Numbered from the stretch's first letter, positions 21,960 through 37,900 are shown. The stretch is DNA of 64,000 nt from Geosiphon pyriformis uo1 (GCA_016748015.1 JAAOMT010000086.1:1-64000), one strand, 5' to 3'. Program-made: numbers and translations. The notes: generated from the sequence alone by a model not told the origin.

Positions 21960-24900
21960 TCTAACTTCTACAATTATCTGCTTTTATATATTTTTTTGGT
22001 TTTACAAGATTGCTTTCCATTGTTTTGCTATTGCCAGCTATTGCTTTGCTATTTCTGTTATTGCTTTATTTTTCTATGTTATCTTTAGTTATCTTATGTT
22101 ATAATATGTTATTTGATATTATTACATGTTATTCTGTGTTATCTTATGTTATAATGTATTATTCTGCACTATTATATGCTATTTTGTGTTATATTACATT
22201 TTTTTTTTGGTTATATTTCTTTATAACTTTGGATTGGTTTTCTATTCAGATAATATTATCTCTCACTTTTTAGAATTGAGTTTCTGCAAAATTATATGTA
22301 TTTGATATAATAACTTCATTTATGTAGTGTTCAATTGTTGTGTTAAGTATTGTTTTTTATAGGTTCTCAAACCATTGATTAGTTATTCATTCTATGTTGT
22401 TAATTGTTATGGTTTTTATAGATCTATACACCAGTATATTTGGACAATGTTGGAAAGCAATGTACAATTAGTATGCTGTTTTATAATATAACATCAAGTT
22501 GCTTCTTTCTATGAATTTTTCTACTTGTTGTATTGCTTTTTTGTTGAATGTTTTCTGGCTGAGGTCTTCATATAGTGTTTTCAAGTCAAGCTGTTCTCCA
22601 ATTTTGTAGAACCAATAAGTTAACAAAAGTTTTTTTTTTTATTTTTGAGTGTTGTCTGGTGTCCATCCCCCTGTTTTGGGGAGATTGGTTTTTTGAGCTA
22701 AAGTCTTTTTGATTTCTTTGAGCTTGGAGACCAAGTATCTTTTTTTATAAAATACTTCTTGTTCCTTCACTCTTTCTCTTTCATGTCCTGTCTGAAAGGA
22801 AGCTTTTTGCCAATTTTTTTTTTTGGATATTGTGAAAAGATAAGAATGGTTAGTTTCAATTAAACTTTCTTCTTTCTTGCTTCTGTCTTTGTATTGTATT
22901 TCTTTTTTATTAATTGTGATTTTTATTTGAGCATTGGATTGTTAAATCATGTCAAATAGTTGTTTTGAGAGTTGTAGAATTTAATCTGAAAGCTTCATGT
23001 TGGAAGTTTTATTAACTTATTTTTTTTTGTTGTTTCAGTAGTTATATATACTTAAATTTTTTCAGTTAAATAGTTGTGTATTAATTTTATGTTTTGATGA
23101 TGATGATTGGTTCTAAATCTCATGATATATTTTCTGGTCTGATTAATAGAATTTGTGTTTCTAGTTGATGCATAGATGACAATAACTGTTGTTTTGTATA
23201 ATAAATTTTTAATTAGTTTCCATAAGCTACTTTCTTTAAAATCTTGTTTTCTAATCGTAATTTGTAAGCTCTATTTTCTAACACTTCTTGTATATAAAAT
23301 AGACCATCACACTTTGGGTTAAACTTTTTACTTCATTGTTTTTTAGCTTTTATATGATGTAATAGTACTTGGTCTCAATCTTGAATTCCATTGGTTGCTT
23401 AGATAAACAGTTATCATATCTTTTTTTCTGTTGTTCTTGAGTATTACTAATATTGTTAGCTGCTGTTTTACAATTGCCTTCTAATGTTTCTATTAACTGG
23501 TATGTTTTTTGGTATAAGGTAGCTTCAAAATTTCTTTCTGTAATCATTTCAGTTGAGTATGACTGTATTTTTTGTTCAATAGATAACATTGCTTTTTTTT
23601 CATAAACTAGTTCAAATAATATAAACTGAGTCATATTTTGCTTTAATGTTCAGTATGCTAGTAATACAGAAGATATGAATAAGTCCCATTCTTGTGTGTT
23701 TTCATAGCTTATTTTCACTAATACTTTACACAATGTTCAGTTAAATCATTCAACTAGTCCATTTGTTTACAGATAATATGATAACAAAAAGGATCACTTT
23801 ATTCCAAACTGTTGGCTTAATTCAGTCAGTGTACTATTAACAAAATACATTCCTTGGTCAGATAGCAATTTTTTCAGACATCTATGTCTACAAATCAGGT
23901 TTTGGTGTACAAACTCAGCTACTGTTTTAGCATCTGCTACTTGGATGGCTCTGGCTTTTAGCCATTTTGTTAAGTAGTCTATGACTACAATAATGTATTG
24001 ATTTCTCTTAGATGTTATAGAGAAAGAACCAACCAAATTGATCTCAATTCTATCAAATGAATTTCCAATTGGAATGGATTGAAGTGGTTCTGTTATTTTG
24101 GCTTTTTCTCTTTTTTGGCATGAATTATAATTAAAAATATACTCGAAAATATTCTTATATATTGTTGGCCAATAATATATGTTTATTGTTCTTTCTAAGG
24201 TAGTGTCTTTATTAAAGTGTCTTGCAGTTGGGTCTAAGTATATGCTATATAGAATAGTGTTCTTTTTACTGTCTTTTATAACTTGCTGTGGAGTGATGTG
24301 GTTTTGTTATTCTCGATGGTATAGTTGATTGTTTTAAATAAAGTAGTTTCATGCTTGTTTTCATATAGTATTTTGTTCCTGTTAAGATAATATTTCTTGG
24401 AACTAAAGTGTTGATAAGTACTGCTGTATTTACTAATAAGGGATTGTGTTTATGATTTTGAATTAGATTTGTGGCATTCTCAACAAACTGTTGGTATTGG
24501 TATTCTTTAATTCTTTTTTGTAGTAAACTTTGAGTGAGAATTGTTGTAGATAAGTACCCCATCTTACATATTTTCTTTTTAATTGTGAATTATTGAATAA
24601 CCAAATAAGTTCTTTGTAGTCGGTATATAAGTCAAATAGTTGACTAAGATAATGTTTCCAAGCTGTATGGCCCAATAAATAGTGAGACATTTTAAATCTA
24701 TTGTACTATATATCTTTTCTGTGGAGTTAGTGCTGTGACTGGTGTAAACAATTGGATGTTCTCTTTTGTCCAGTCCTATTTACAATAAGTCAGCTCCTAA
24801 TGCATTTTTCAAGGCATCTGTAGCAACAATAGAATGTTTAGTGAAATTGAAATAAATTAATATAGGAGAGGTAATCAGTCACTGCTTGAGATAGTCAAAT

Positions 24901-27900
24901 GCTTTCTGTTAATCTTTCTTCTACAAATATGGTATGTATTTAGATAATAAGTAATGGAGTGGTTTTTGAGAATTTTTTGACAAATTGGTGATAGTATCAT
25001 GCTAATTCTAAAAATTTTCATAATTTACACAGATTGATTGAGGCTGGAAAGTCTTTAACTTTTTGGATTTTGTCTGAATCAGACTTAACTCTGTCTTTTC
25101 TGATCACTTGTTCTAAGAATTTCAGTTTGGTTTTTTTGAAAAAGCATTTGTTGGGATTAAGTTTTAATTCAGCATCTCAAAAGTGCTCAAACACTTGTTA
25201 AAGGTAAAGCAAATAGTCATTAAATGTTTCCAAGAACATGTTAGTATCATCCAGATAAACTACGACTGATTTCCAAAGAATTCCTTTGTATACTACATCC
25301 ATAAGACATTGAAAAGTGGCAGAAGCATTACAAAGTCCAAAAAGCATCACATTGAACTCAAAATTGCTGTCTCAAATTGTAAACACTGTTTTTTTTTTGT
25401 CTTTGAAGTCCATTTCAACTTGCCAATAACTACTTGCTAAATCTAATGATAAGAACTATTTCTTTTTTCTTAAATTGTCCAGAATTTCTTGGATAAGAGA
25501 AGTGAAATAACTATCTTTTCAAATGATGCTATTTAATTTTCAGTAATCTATACAGAATTGCACTTTTCTATTTTTCTTGGTAACCAAGACTATTGGAGAA
25601 GACTAAGAGCTTAATAATTCTTTGATTAAAGATTATTAAGCATTTGTTGTACTTTTTGCTTAATTAAATTATCACCAAATAGAGGTACTTGGTAAGTTTA
25701 TTGCTTAATAGGTCAAGTATTTCCTGTGTTGATTTGGTGTTTTACGATGTCTGTACATTGTAACTCATTTTTGCTGACAAAAACATTGGCATACTGATTC
25801 AGAAGAACTTTGAGTTGTATTTGTTGCAGAGTACTTAAGTTTCCTAAATTTAATTTATTGATCTCTTCTGGTGTGAACAAGTAACTTTCTTTTGGCAAAT
25901 TCCATACTTGTAAGATAATGTCACAGAACAAAAACAATTGCATGAAATCTAAAATGGGCTGAGATTTTTCTGAATTCTGAATATTTGGAGATATAAAACT
26001 AATAAGAGTTTCCTCCAGAATTTCTATAACATTTTTAGTCAGATTGTAAATGAGAATTTTAAAGTGTTTATAAGCCTTTGCGAATAAGTATAAGTTAGCA
26101 ATATTGGCTAAAAAACAGATTTTGGGATCTGCTTTAAATAACAGAACTTGACTTTGGATTTTTCAGTTTACTTTAAGAATGTATTGTCTGTATGGAGGAA
26201 TGAAAATAATGGTATTAATGTAAATAAATTCTATTTTGTTACTGTCTTTCTCTGTGAAATTAACTGGTATATTTTTTTTTCTACTTGATTTGAATCTATT
26301 GATTTTTCTGGTGATAAAACTTAACTTTTTGTAAGTAGTAACCAAAATTAATTGTGGTATTTTAATTAGGAACAGAAAGATAGCTTGGACTATTTTTTTA
26401 TGTAATTCTATTTTGTAAGATTTATCTGAATTGTTCTGTAACATTGTAATAATGTTTCCCATGTAACTGGCATCAATAATTCCTCTTTTTACATTAATTC
26501 TCTTTTTTGCTAGACTGGATTAAGAGACAACTTGTACCATTGTACTAACTAGAATTTCTAGTGGTATTTTGAGATCTACTTTTACTAGGGAGTGTGAGGC
26601 TATAACTATGGGTAATTGTCCTGAGTATTATAAGTCAAAGCCAGCATTGGTCTTATGTGTTCTTTCAGAGCAAATTCTTTTATTATTATTGTTATACCAT
26701 TTCAATTCTATTTCTTTGGAAAGATTAGGATATGCGAGATACTGTTCTGTTTTGGCAGCCTTAGATGGTTTTTGAAATGACATGTCTTTGGTAATTAATT
26801 CCTCTTTTTTCTTAGGATCAGGTAGTTTAATGATTGGAAACAGTATTCTTGGAGACAGATTGAACATGAAATTACATTTATTACAGTACTGGAAATAACA
26901 AAGAATTAAACAGTGATTGCACAGTTTAGTATTCAAGTCAGCTAATTTTTGCTCTTGTTCTTCTTAAGTTAAGGCCAATTCTTAGTATTGATCCTGAAAT
27001 ATGTTCAGATTATTAGTGAAAAAATCTTCAGTGATATAATCAGGTCCCTTATATTTAGGTACAAATAAATTTTTTTTGATTTTTTGTATTTCATTGAATG
27101 TGGTTTCTTCAGTCTTGGCACTTGCTATTCTCCTTATTTCATGCTCATTATGTAAATAGTCATCTAATTTATTTAGTGCTTATCACCAGATGGCCTTAAT
27201 TGGAATTCTTTTTTATACCTAATCATTGATTAAGATGGTGTATTGTCATGCTTTATTACATATTTTTTCTCTGCCAAGCACATTATTTTAGAACTTTTTA
27301 TTTAGCAAGATTCTGCCATAGGCAAGACATAGTGTATTGTTCTATTTGTTTTGTTATTTCAGTCTTCTAAATCTTTCCAATACACATAGTCTACAATAAT
27401 ATTTTGTCACAGTTGGCCATTTTTCATTATTTCTTATACATACACTCATAAAGGTTAACTTCTTTCCACAATTGACACAAATTAGCTTTGGAGGTTGATA
27501 AAATAGATTTTGTTAACTTAAAGCTAAATAACCTAATAGTAATGCTAAAGGTTCTTCTTCAGCTCTTTTTTTTTTTTTCCAGATTGGTAGTAGTGATAAC
27601 TCCATTGGGAAATCATCTGCCCAAGAAACTTGGTATGTCTTTATTGTTAGTGATAAAGTTGTTTCTTTGAATTTTATTAGTGGTGGCTCTAAACTCTGGA
27701 CTTTAAAGTGTCTACATATAGTCAGAACTTGGGCATGTTATCTATTATAAGTAATCTGCAGTTTCTGTATATTCCAATCAAGGATAGCATAGGCTTTGGC
27801 TAACCAGTTATTTCTAATAAAGGCTTAATATTGTGTTGCTTTCATGACCAGAACTTTAGTAGAAATTTGGATTCCATTAATCTTAAAGAAGAAATTATCA

Positions 27901-29982
27901 ATTTCTTCAATGGAAGTCTTGGTATTGTTATCTGTGGTGATGATTCAGGCAGTTGCTGTACAGTCTACTCATTAACTTAATTAGTCTATAAGTTGTTTTG
28001 TGATTATACTATCTGCTGATTTGTTATTGAGGATTAATTTAATGTCTATGTTTCTAACTTTAATATCAATGTATAGTGTCATTATGGATTTATTCTGGTT
28101 AATGGTGGTTCTACTAAAAAGACTAGAAGTATTCAGATTATTTACATTAAAAGAGAAGATAGTGGCAAAGATAGTGTCTTCTGTAATAATGGTAAGTAGG
28201 ATGGTATTGTGGTTTTGCTTTTAATTCGAAGAATTGGGAATTTTTTCTATTTCTTTTCTTTCTAAAGGTATAGAGCTATTAAAATTCTGGATTTCATTAA
28301 AACCAAGATAGAAGGCTTGATTCGGATATCCAGATAGTATAGGCCAAGATGGGACATAACCATAATTGATGAATCATGCTGGTATGCTATTTGTTTGCAT
28401 CTGATTGTTGCTGGAGTTCCTCCATCCTTGGTTGTAATCTATTGCATGAGGTTTAAGTTGGTTATAATTGGAGTTTTGATAATGAGATACTGCTTAAGCT
28501 ATTGGCTGTAATGGCTAATAATAGTTTTAAGGTGGTTGCTAGTTATATGTAAATGGTTGTGAGTATAAAAGCAGTAGATATTGGGGTCTTCTGGTCTGAG
28601 AATATTTTGGTTGTTGATATTGATTTTTTCAATTCTGGTTTACTAATTTCTGTTGACAATCCTGGACAATATGTCTAGGTTTCTGGCAATAATAACAATT
28701 ATAGAGATCAGTTTTCCAAGGTTGTTAGTGGTCCTATTGCTGTGAATATCTGCTGCTGTTATAATTTTTTCTCCTTTGGGATGGTTGATAGGTTTCTGTT
28801 GTACCAGCTAAGAATCCCTCAATTTTTTGAGTTAATTTTTTACTTAATTGAGTTATTTTTGCATCCATGTTGAAGATTTTGTTGATGGCTAAGTTAATAG
28901 CTTTAGTATGACTTGAAATTGTGCATCAGGGTGACAGCATCTTGCAGATTTGTCAGATGTTGGAGTTTTACAGATCTTAGAATATTACTTCTTAACCCCT
29001 TGATGAATTGTTTAAGAACTTGCATTATGGTATAGTAGTCCTTTTCAATGGTCTGTATTTGATAAAAAATTTGATTAAATTATTCAAGATAAGTGGTTAC
29101 TGCTTCATGATTTTTTTGTTTTATGATACTGAACTGATTTTGTAATCTGATTAGAGTATTAGAATTACAGAAGTATCATAAAAAGGCAAGCTTGAAAGTG
29201 GCAAAGTCAGTTGGCTTTTCTGTCAGACTTTGATACCACAAGTTTGCAGTTTCTGTTAGAAAAAATGGCAGCACTTAGATAGCTCTGTTATTATTCTAAT
29301 TATTGGTGGTAATTGCTTTCTCAGCTTCTGCAATCCACAAATATGTATTGTTTTCTTTACTAGAAAATTTTTCCAATTTCGTGGTATCTTAGTAAGTCAT
29401 GATCTGGTTAATAGGTAGAAGGTTTAAGAAAATTGATGTTTATATGTTAAAGAGTTTTTCTGGTGCTAGTTCTGATTGTTTTCCTTTGTCATTAGAACCA
29501 ATAGGTTAAGAAATAGCTGTTTTTTTTATAGAAAAAGTTGCTGATCTTGCTAAGGTTTGTGCTGTTAGTAATTCTTAAATTGACATATTTTCATCAGTTT
29601 TATGAATTTTAGGAATCAGATTTCTAAACAACAATCTGTATTTTTCTAGGAATTTGGTCCAACTGTGGTGCTCTCAAGGGTGTGGATTTCCAAGAGTTTG
29701 TGGTGTTTCTAACTGGATTTCTGGGGGTGGGTTGAATACAATTCTACTTTGGGATGTCTGATAGTATAATAGAGTTGTTAGGGAAAGAATTTTCAGTTTT
29801 TTGTTAACTGTAGACTTGGCTTGTTCCCTTCTAGTTGTTAGATTAAATCTGAACTTGTCTTTTCTAGAGTCTAATTTTCTGGTTTGGTTTACTTAAGAAA
29901 AACATTTTTCCATATAATTTTTAATGTCCATATCAACTATGCGAAAAGTTTCAGTAATGACTCATGTTATGGTGTTTGTTAA
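21960..29982 (-). mobile_element. LTR retrotransposon B (same architecture), 5' end lost at the LTR of C
   Basis: Partial 3' LTR ending at 22255 with adjacent PPT-like tract; ORF3 about 22960-22270; IN 24453-23087; RH about 24830-24463; RT (VVYLDDTN) about 25700-24900; dUTPase (NAGFDL) about 26700-26270; Cys-rich about 27480-26850; PR about 28030; gag about 29400-28650. Confidence 0.85.
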
Positions 29983-30971
29983 TGTTACTAGTAGAATTTT
30001 AGCTATTAATTAGCACGAAATTATCTTCATAATTCTTATTATTAAGTAGCATATTATTATTATTTCAATTATTACTTATTAATTAGCCAAATTATCAAAT
30101 ATTATTACTTAACTAATAACTCGATTTGTACTATAAAAATTAAAATGATCAAATTATACAATACCCTGAACCATTTAATATAGTCAAAATTGGCCAAAAT
30201 TAATGAAAAATTGGCCGAAATAATTAATAATTTGTAGAAATAACTTGTAGTTCACCAAAATATATCTTAAGTTTAGTAAAATTAGAGCAAAAAGAAAAGT
30301 GCAAGTTCAAAGACTAGTATTACAACAAGTTATATAAAAAAAGAGCTTCTCTTTTCAAGAAAATGTATTTTTTCATATCTTTTTATATCTTCTCATAGTA
30401 TCTTAACATAATATCTTACTTTAGATATCTTAATTAAAACAAATTACTTTTTACATATTTCAAATAAAAATTAAATATTCGAAAACAAATCCTTAAAATT
30501 ATTACACTTGAAATTCCCTTAACACAACTAATGTTTTGAAATTAATTAGCTACCAATTTCAATAATCTGTTAATGACTCTAGACTTGGATAGAAAACGTT
30601 TTTTTTGACACAATTTTATTTCTTTTATATTTTGTTATTTTTCTTTTCTTTCTTATTATAATCATTTGGATAGTTTATGGATGAAATTCCTATAGAAGAG
30701 TTGACTTTCACAGTAAAGTAACTACACATTTTTAGTAAGCTTCCAGACAAACAATTCCTGGGAAAGAGTTGACATTTTACTACAATGTAACTACATAAAA
30801 TAACTGGCAAGAAATTGGCTATTCCACTTATAAGCCCAGTGGTTCAAATTATAGAAGATAATTTAAATATAAATTCAGTTACAAAAGGTCCAATTACTTC
30901 CTAAGAACATGAATTCATAGCAAATCAACATTAATAACATTCAAAAAAAGAAACTAAAACCTCCAGTAACA
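29983..30971 (+). repeat. 5' LTR of element C
   Basis: tgttactagtag...ccagtaaca, followed by tttggtgctctc. Confidence 0.9.
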
Positions 30972-31069
30972 TTTGGTGCTCTCTTACAGAAACAACACAG
31001 CAAAAACAATTTCAAAGTGGTGACTACACCAGACACAACAACTCTAGAGTATTATCAGTCAATCTACGC

Positions 31070-31933
31070 TGTTACTCATAAAATATAGGAAGTATATTAA
31101 CATATAAATTAGCCAATCAGAAGGAGACATAGTAAATGTGAAATTCCAGAATTTCTCTCAGAAGAATTACAGAATTCCAGGAATTCCAAGATTCCTGGTG
31201 TGAAAAATTAAGGAATTGAGGAATCTCAATTATATATATATAGCAGTAGTATCAGAAGCTAGAAAATGAGTCAAATAGACTCCCAAAGTCAATTAGACTT
31301 AAAGTTAAAAAGACTGAGAGTCAGTCAGACTCTCAGAGTCAATTAGACTCGCAGGTCATAATTATTAAATACCCTTCCTTCAAAAGATAGAATACTATAA
31401 CTTGAAGTGAAATCACTCTCATATTAATAAAATTATCCATTATCTTCAAATCCATGTTATTATCCACTACTTAATCTGCTGGCACAATAGCTCTTGATCA
31501 TGGCTATTAACAGGACACTTATTTCTTATTTTATTTTCTTTATTTCGTTATTTTCTTTATTTTTCTTTATTTTATTTTCTTTTGTTGTTTACTAATTGAT
31601 TAAAAAAATTAAGCACTGAGTTATTGATGTCAAGAATAGTCTGGTAAAAGACCCAGAAATAAGGATAGAATTATATATATTAACAAATAGTTTACCAGAA
31701 AAGCACGACTGCCAGAATAAATCCGGCTGCCAAGCTGAGAAAGAAATTGGGCATAATTGCGACTCCAGGAAAACTACTACCATCACCATTGAATCTCTGT
31801 CCATTATACAAAGAACTCAACCAAAATCTTTAGATAACAATACCTTCAGATATTACCAATAACATTATATCAATTGAGCACCAAGTTACAGGTTTGTTAT
31901 TTGATTTGAAACCCCAAATAATCATCTGTAACA
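31070..31933 (+). mobile_element. Solo LTR (864 bp; family of the E/F LTRs) inserted in the 5' gag region of C
   Basis: TGTTAC..GTAACA ends; TSD acgc/atgc (one CpG transition); removing it restores the reading YYQSIYA-HCKQRFNI. Confidence 0.9.
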
Positions 31934-34900
31934 ATGCACACTGCAAGCAAAGATTCAACATTCAAGACGGAATTGAAATTTTCAAGAAATTACTATACCA
32001 ATATATTGAAAATTACATCAACAACTATTTTTTTGGAAACTATAATATTTCAGAAGTCAGAAACAACTTCTACAATAATTTAGTATACTATTTACAATTG
32101 GGAACAGATAACCTGAGCAGTAAAACACTTGTTACCTACTTCCAAGAATTTAATTTTAACATTATTAAGTATTGTGAAGGAAAATACCCAGTACAGTCCA
32201 AATACTTTTTTGACTTTGAATTAGAAACAGAAACATCTACCAAAGGCAAACAAAAAGTGAAACAATACTTAAGAACCACTCCAAACACTCCAATACTACC
32301 AAAAACAACTGCCAAACATTTGCAAACACCTGAACAAGAAACCAGTGTCAAATTACCACTTTCTATTACACTATTTCTAATTTTACTTATTCAATTACAA
32401 ATACCAAATTCACCACTTAACCATTTCTCCAGACCAGAAGATTATTAGTTATTTAGAAATCCTACTCAATAGCAGAAACCCATATCAACAAGCACCAATA
32501 TTATTGATTACTTACAAAAAAACAAAAGTAATTATTCAGAAAACTTGGAAAGTGAAGAAACTGAATCAGAACAAGAAAACAAAGAAGAAATAGCAACTGC
32601 TTATATTGCAAAGATTCCAGAATTTACTGGTGAAGATAATGATACCAGCCCTTAAAAATGGCTTGACAAAGTTCAAAAAGCAGGAGATGCAAATGGTTGG
32701 AATACAGCAAAAATGCTCAAAGCAATCCCATACTTTCTCTAAGGAACTGTAAGAGAATGGTTTGAAAACTTAGAAGAACTATTTAGAAATTGGCAAGCAT
32801 TCAAAGATGCTTTTTTACAACAATTTACCAACAACAACACCTCTATCACTCTCTGCAATCACTTTTGCAATATCAAACAAGAAACATCTGAAACTGTTAT
32901 GACTTATCTTAGGAGATTCAACAAACTTTTTTGATGAATTTAACAATTAGAAACCAATGAATACTATTCTGATGCCCAGATTTTGGATCAATTTATAATA
33001 GGATTAAAAGACAAATTGATTAAAAAAGTTTGTCCACATGCTCTAGCAGATTTAACAACAGCCATTAGACATACAAAGAACTATAAAATGGCAATAGAAA
33101 AAACAAACCATACTAAACTTGTGAATCTTACTATTGAAGAAACCAGCTCAGCAGCTGAAAAAAAAATTGTTCAACTTACAAAGAAGATTGAAAACTATTT
33201 TACCAACTAGCAACAACAGCAACAACCACAAAGATATCAGCCACCACAATAACAAAACCAAACCAACTATTCATTATTATCAAATAATTAAAGCTAAAGT
33301 TGTCATTATTGTGGAATTCTAGGACATTGAAAACGAAATTGCAGAAAATTGTAAAGAGATCAACAAAACAGAAGTAATCAACATTACTCTCCATTACAAC
33401 AAACTTATTACCAATTCCTACCACCAATTTATTGCCCACCAAAACCACAAAATCAAAACAATTACTATTAACCAGCTCCACAACCAATATAGCAACAATA
33501 TTAGCAATCTTTACCAATTCAGTAATATCAAACACCATCCACTTAACAATATCAAGTACCAGCCAGAAAATTGGTCCAACAAAACCAATTTACACCACAA
33601 AACCGTTTTTTAACAAACCACAAAAGATTTAATCCCAATAATCAACTAGTTTCCTGAAATTCTGTTCAACAAAGACCCATTCAGTTTCACACTTAACCCA
33701 GTTATTTAACAATACAAGAAAAATCAGATTTTCAACAAACTGCACTTTTTGAAGATGAAATTGTAGCACCAAAATCAAACTCTTTCAACAATACTATTCT
33801 ATCAGCCCAAATTGCCCAAAATGCCAATTTTTCAGATATATTCCCATTCAAATTTGAAGCAAATGAATTACTATTCTTGCTTAGCAATGCAGCAGTCAAT
33901 GAGCAAAAAGCTATCACTGCCATGTATACTAAAGCTACAGTAGAAAGAAAGCCTATTTGATTAATTCTAGACAATAGATCCATTGGAAGTATTATCACCT
34001 ACCAATTAATGCAATAACTCAATCAAAATGTCGACAGACCAGCCCAAACAGTAATTGTTACAGCAGATAGTATGCAAAAAACACCAATAGAAGAAATTAA
34101 CAACTTTCCATTTACTATTGATGGAATTACTATTTCAGTTAAAGCTCTAGTCATAGATGTACCTCAATACCAAACTTTTGTTGGAAATGATTAGCTTCTT
34201 AAGGCCAATACAAACTTAGACTGGGAAACTCAGGAGCTAAAAATCTCATATCAAGAACATTACACCATAGTATCTGCTACTTGTGATACTTTTAACAAAT
34301 GATCAGAAAAAGCCCCAGTATTCGAATTTGAGAAGAAGAAAAAAATGCCACTTACTGAGACCTACATGGCTCTTGGATCAACATCCAATTGGGCTGAGGA
34401 AACAGAATAAGAAATTTTTAAAAAATCAAGAAGATAGAAGAAAGTTAAGTATTTTACACCAGAACCACGAAAAGAACCATCATACATTCTACTAAAATAC
34501 AAAGATTGCAAAAAGAAGCTTTTATCTATGAGAGCCTATATTTCTTCAAAAGAAGAATATGAAACTTGCATTTGCTACTTCTGCAAAGCATGCCATAGAG
34601 AACAATTTGGATCCCCAAAAAGAAGTGGAAAATAAAACAACACACCTTGTCTCACATATAGAAATATGCTACTAGAAGAATGCAACTGGATTGATGCTGC
34701 AATGAGAGGAGAAGTATGTAATCAAACCTGTTAATATGCTCTATTAATTTCGAAAAAAGTCAGAAAAGAAACACTATTTAATGCAGCATGCAACAGTGCT
34801 CTCAATAAATTTTACCACTATCTTTATGATGCTGAAATGATTTTTGACTTAGTAATGGCATTAATTAATAGAGCCACCCAAAAAAATATCTGCCAAATAA

Positions 34901-37900
34901 AAGAAGCTAAATACATTGAGTATACTATGAAATTAGCTGGATTTGATTATAAAAATGAAATAGAAACCTACCACCAAATTACAAGTCATACATACCCAAC
35001 CAAAGAAGCTTAAATTCAATGATTAAAGTAAATAAACATTCAATTATGTGAAGAATGTGTTATGTCTTGTGATGATCAATGGTGTTTAGAATGCTATGCT
35101 TTTAGCATTCCCCTGCCATACAAAAATGATAAAAATAAAATCGAATTTAAAGTATCTGAACTGGTAAAAAAACTACCAATCACTCCTATCTATCTTCTTA
35201 AAAATCAACTATCTTTACAACTCAAATATTTTAACAACTATGGCCAAAGAATCAGATCAGAAAAAACACACGAGATTAATGCTAGATATGATCTAAGATA
35301 CCCAGAAAAAAATACTTTCATTCTCTAACCAAAGTCTGACAAAAATCAATCTAAAAATCACTTTTAAAATTCCACCTAAAGCAATAGTTTAAATTGCATC
35401 TAGATCATTATTGGCAAGCAAAGAAATCAATGTTAGAGAAGGAATCATAAATGCAAAATATACTGGAAACATTATCATTATATTGCAAAATGAAACAGAC
35501 AAACCATTTAGGATTGAACATGCTGGAAAAATTGCCCAAGCAATTTACCTATTCTTAATCAACATTTCGGGTTTACAATCAGTTAACAACAGAGAACAAT
35601 TGGAAAAAAGTAAAAGAGGAATACAAGGTTTTGGTTTAACTGAACGATTTACAGTACCAGTAAACATAGCTCTCAATGTACAGATTAAATCTTACCAGAT
35701 TCTTCAACTTCTCCAACCAATTACCATTTCACTTTTTGGAAAACATCAAAAAATTTACACTTGCTCAAAACCCACCACCATTCAACAAATCTTTGAATCC
35801 AATGAACATATTTGTTTAAAACATGAAATCTCAATCCCAAATGTTTATATTCCCAAAGGAATGAAAAAATTTTGAGTTATATTCTACAATTTTAATAATT
35901 ATCCTATTGTCTTATTGAACAAATTAGAGATTGGAATCATACACAGTAATATCTTTCAAGATAAAAACCCTCAAATTGTTTTTAATTTTATCGAAATTAT
36001 AAAACATATATTACTTTCAAATCTGAACATTATTTCTACTACTGAAAACTACTACTTTTTGGAAGAAAAACTTTTTTAAATTAACATGGATCTCTTAGAA
36101 CCCTAACAACAAAGACAATTGAAACAACTAATAGCTGAATATGCAGATATATTTGCAAAAAACAACAATGACTTTGGAAAAACTGATATTGTTCAATATC
36201 AGATCCATACAGGAGATGCTTCACCAAAATGCCAATCAGCCTATCAAGTTCCACCTGCTAGCCACCAATTTATCAGAGAAGAGATCCAAAGAATGCTCAA
36301 TAACGGATTGATTCAACCATCAAGAAGTTCTTAGGCCTCACCAGTAGTCCTTATTAAAAAAAAAAACAGAAAAATCAGATTCTGTGTAGATTATCATTAG
36401 CTTAACAGTGTAACAATTAGAAATGTCTACCCTCTTTCAAGAAGTAATAACGTGCTAGATGCCTTAGGAAAAGCCAAGTTCTTCTTAACTTTAAATTTGG
36501 AAAGTGGATACTGACAAGTCGAAATGGACCCAAAACAGCATTTACCACCCAAAGAGGGAACTATAAGTTCAATGTTATGCCTTTTGGACTCTCTAATACA
36601 CCAGCAACATTCCAATAACTTATGGATGTTGTATATAAAAAACTCTTGTGGCAATTAGTAGTTGTTTATTTTGATGACACTAATGTGTATTCCTCAAGCT
36701 TTAAAGCTTATTTCATTCATCTGCAAAAAATTTTTCAACAATTATAGAAAGCAGGATTAAAATTGAACATTGAGAAATATCACTTTGGAAAAACAAGTTT
36801 AATTTTTTTTGAACATATTATTAGCAAAGATAGAGTCAAACCAAATTTTAGAACAATCAGTGCTGTCAAAAACTTTTAAACCTCCAAAAATACCACAGAA
36901 CTATTAAAATTTGTAAGATTAACTTCTTACTATTAAAAATTCATAAAAAAATTTTCAAAAATTGCCAAACCACTTAATTATCTCATCAACAAAAACGTGT
37001 TATATTAATAGACTGAAGAACAACAAAAAGCTTTTGAAATCCTCAAAACAAAATTGACAACAGCCTCAGTTCTTGTTTATCCAGACTTTAACAAATGGTT
37101 CCAACTAGCCACTGATGTCTCACATATAGCATTTGGTGCCATTTTATCACAATTAAATAAAAATTGCCAAAAACAAATCATTGCCTATACCAGTAGAACA
37201 CTTAAGCTAACAGAACTCAAATATGGCTCAACTGAATTAAAAGCTGCTACTGTCATTTGGACTATTAAACATTTTCAACAATATTTGAAAAATAAAAAAG
37301 AATTTAACATTATAACTGACAATATTGGCCTCAAATAGCTCAATAAAAAAAAACCAAACAAAGTACCAAACAGTCTTAATAGAATGATTTTCTAGCAGAC
37401 TACAAATATATTGTATATTACAAACCAGAAAAACTACACATCAATGTTGATAGCCTCTCAAGAATAAGACAAAATTAACACTATCAACAAACTCACTACA
37501 ACTTACCAACTTACTAACAAAATAACAAAACAACAATAGATCCCAGAAATTACAACAATCTTAAAAACTATTTGAACACTTTTACCATACCAAAAAATTG
37601 GTCTCCAAGTAAAAAACATTAATTACAACACCAATTCAAACAATATTTCATACACCACAACAAAATCTATTACAAAAATTGCAGAAATCCAAACCAACTA
37701 CTCAGATTAATACAGGAAAATGAAAATAAAACAATTCTATACAACATGCACACAGATTCTTCTTCAGCACACTTGAGAAGAAATAGAACAATTCAAAGAA
37801 CTCTTGAACATTATTTTTGGTCTCATATGCAAAAAGACATTCAACAATATATAGAATTTTGTGATAGTTGTTAAAGAAGAAGAGAAACTCGTCCCACAAA

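Noticed and set aside
22010-22273. Hydrophobic 87-aa ORF as a membrane protein
   Set aside because: Derives from T-rich ~30-bp repeats inside the 3' LTR of element B.
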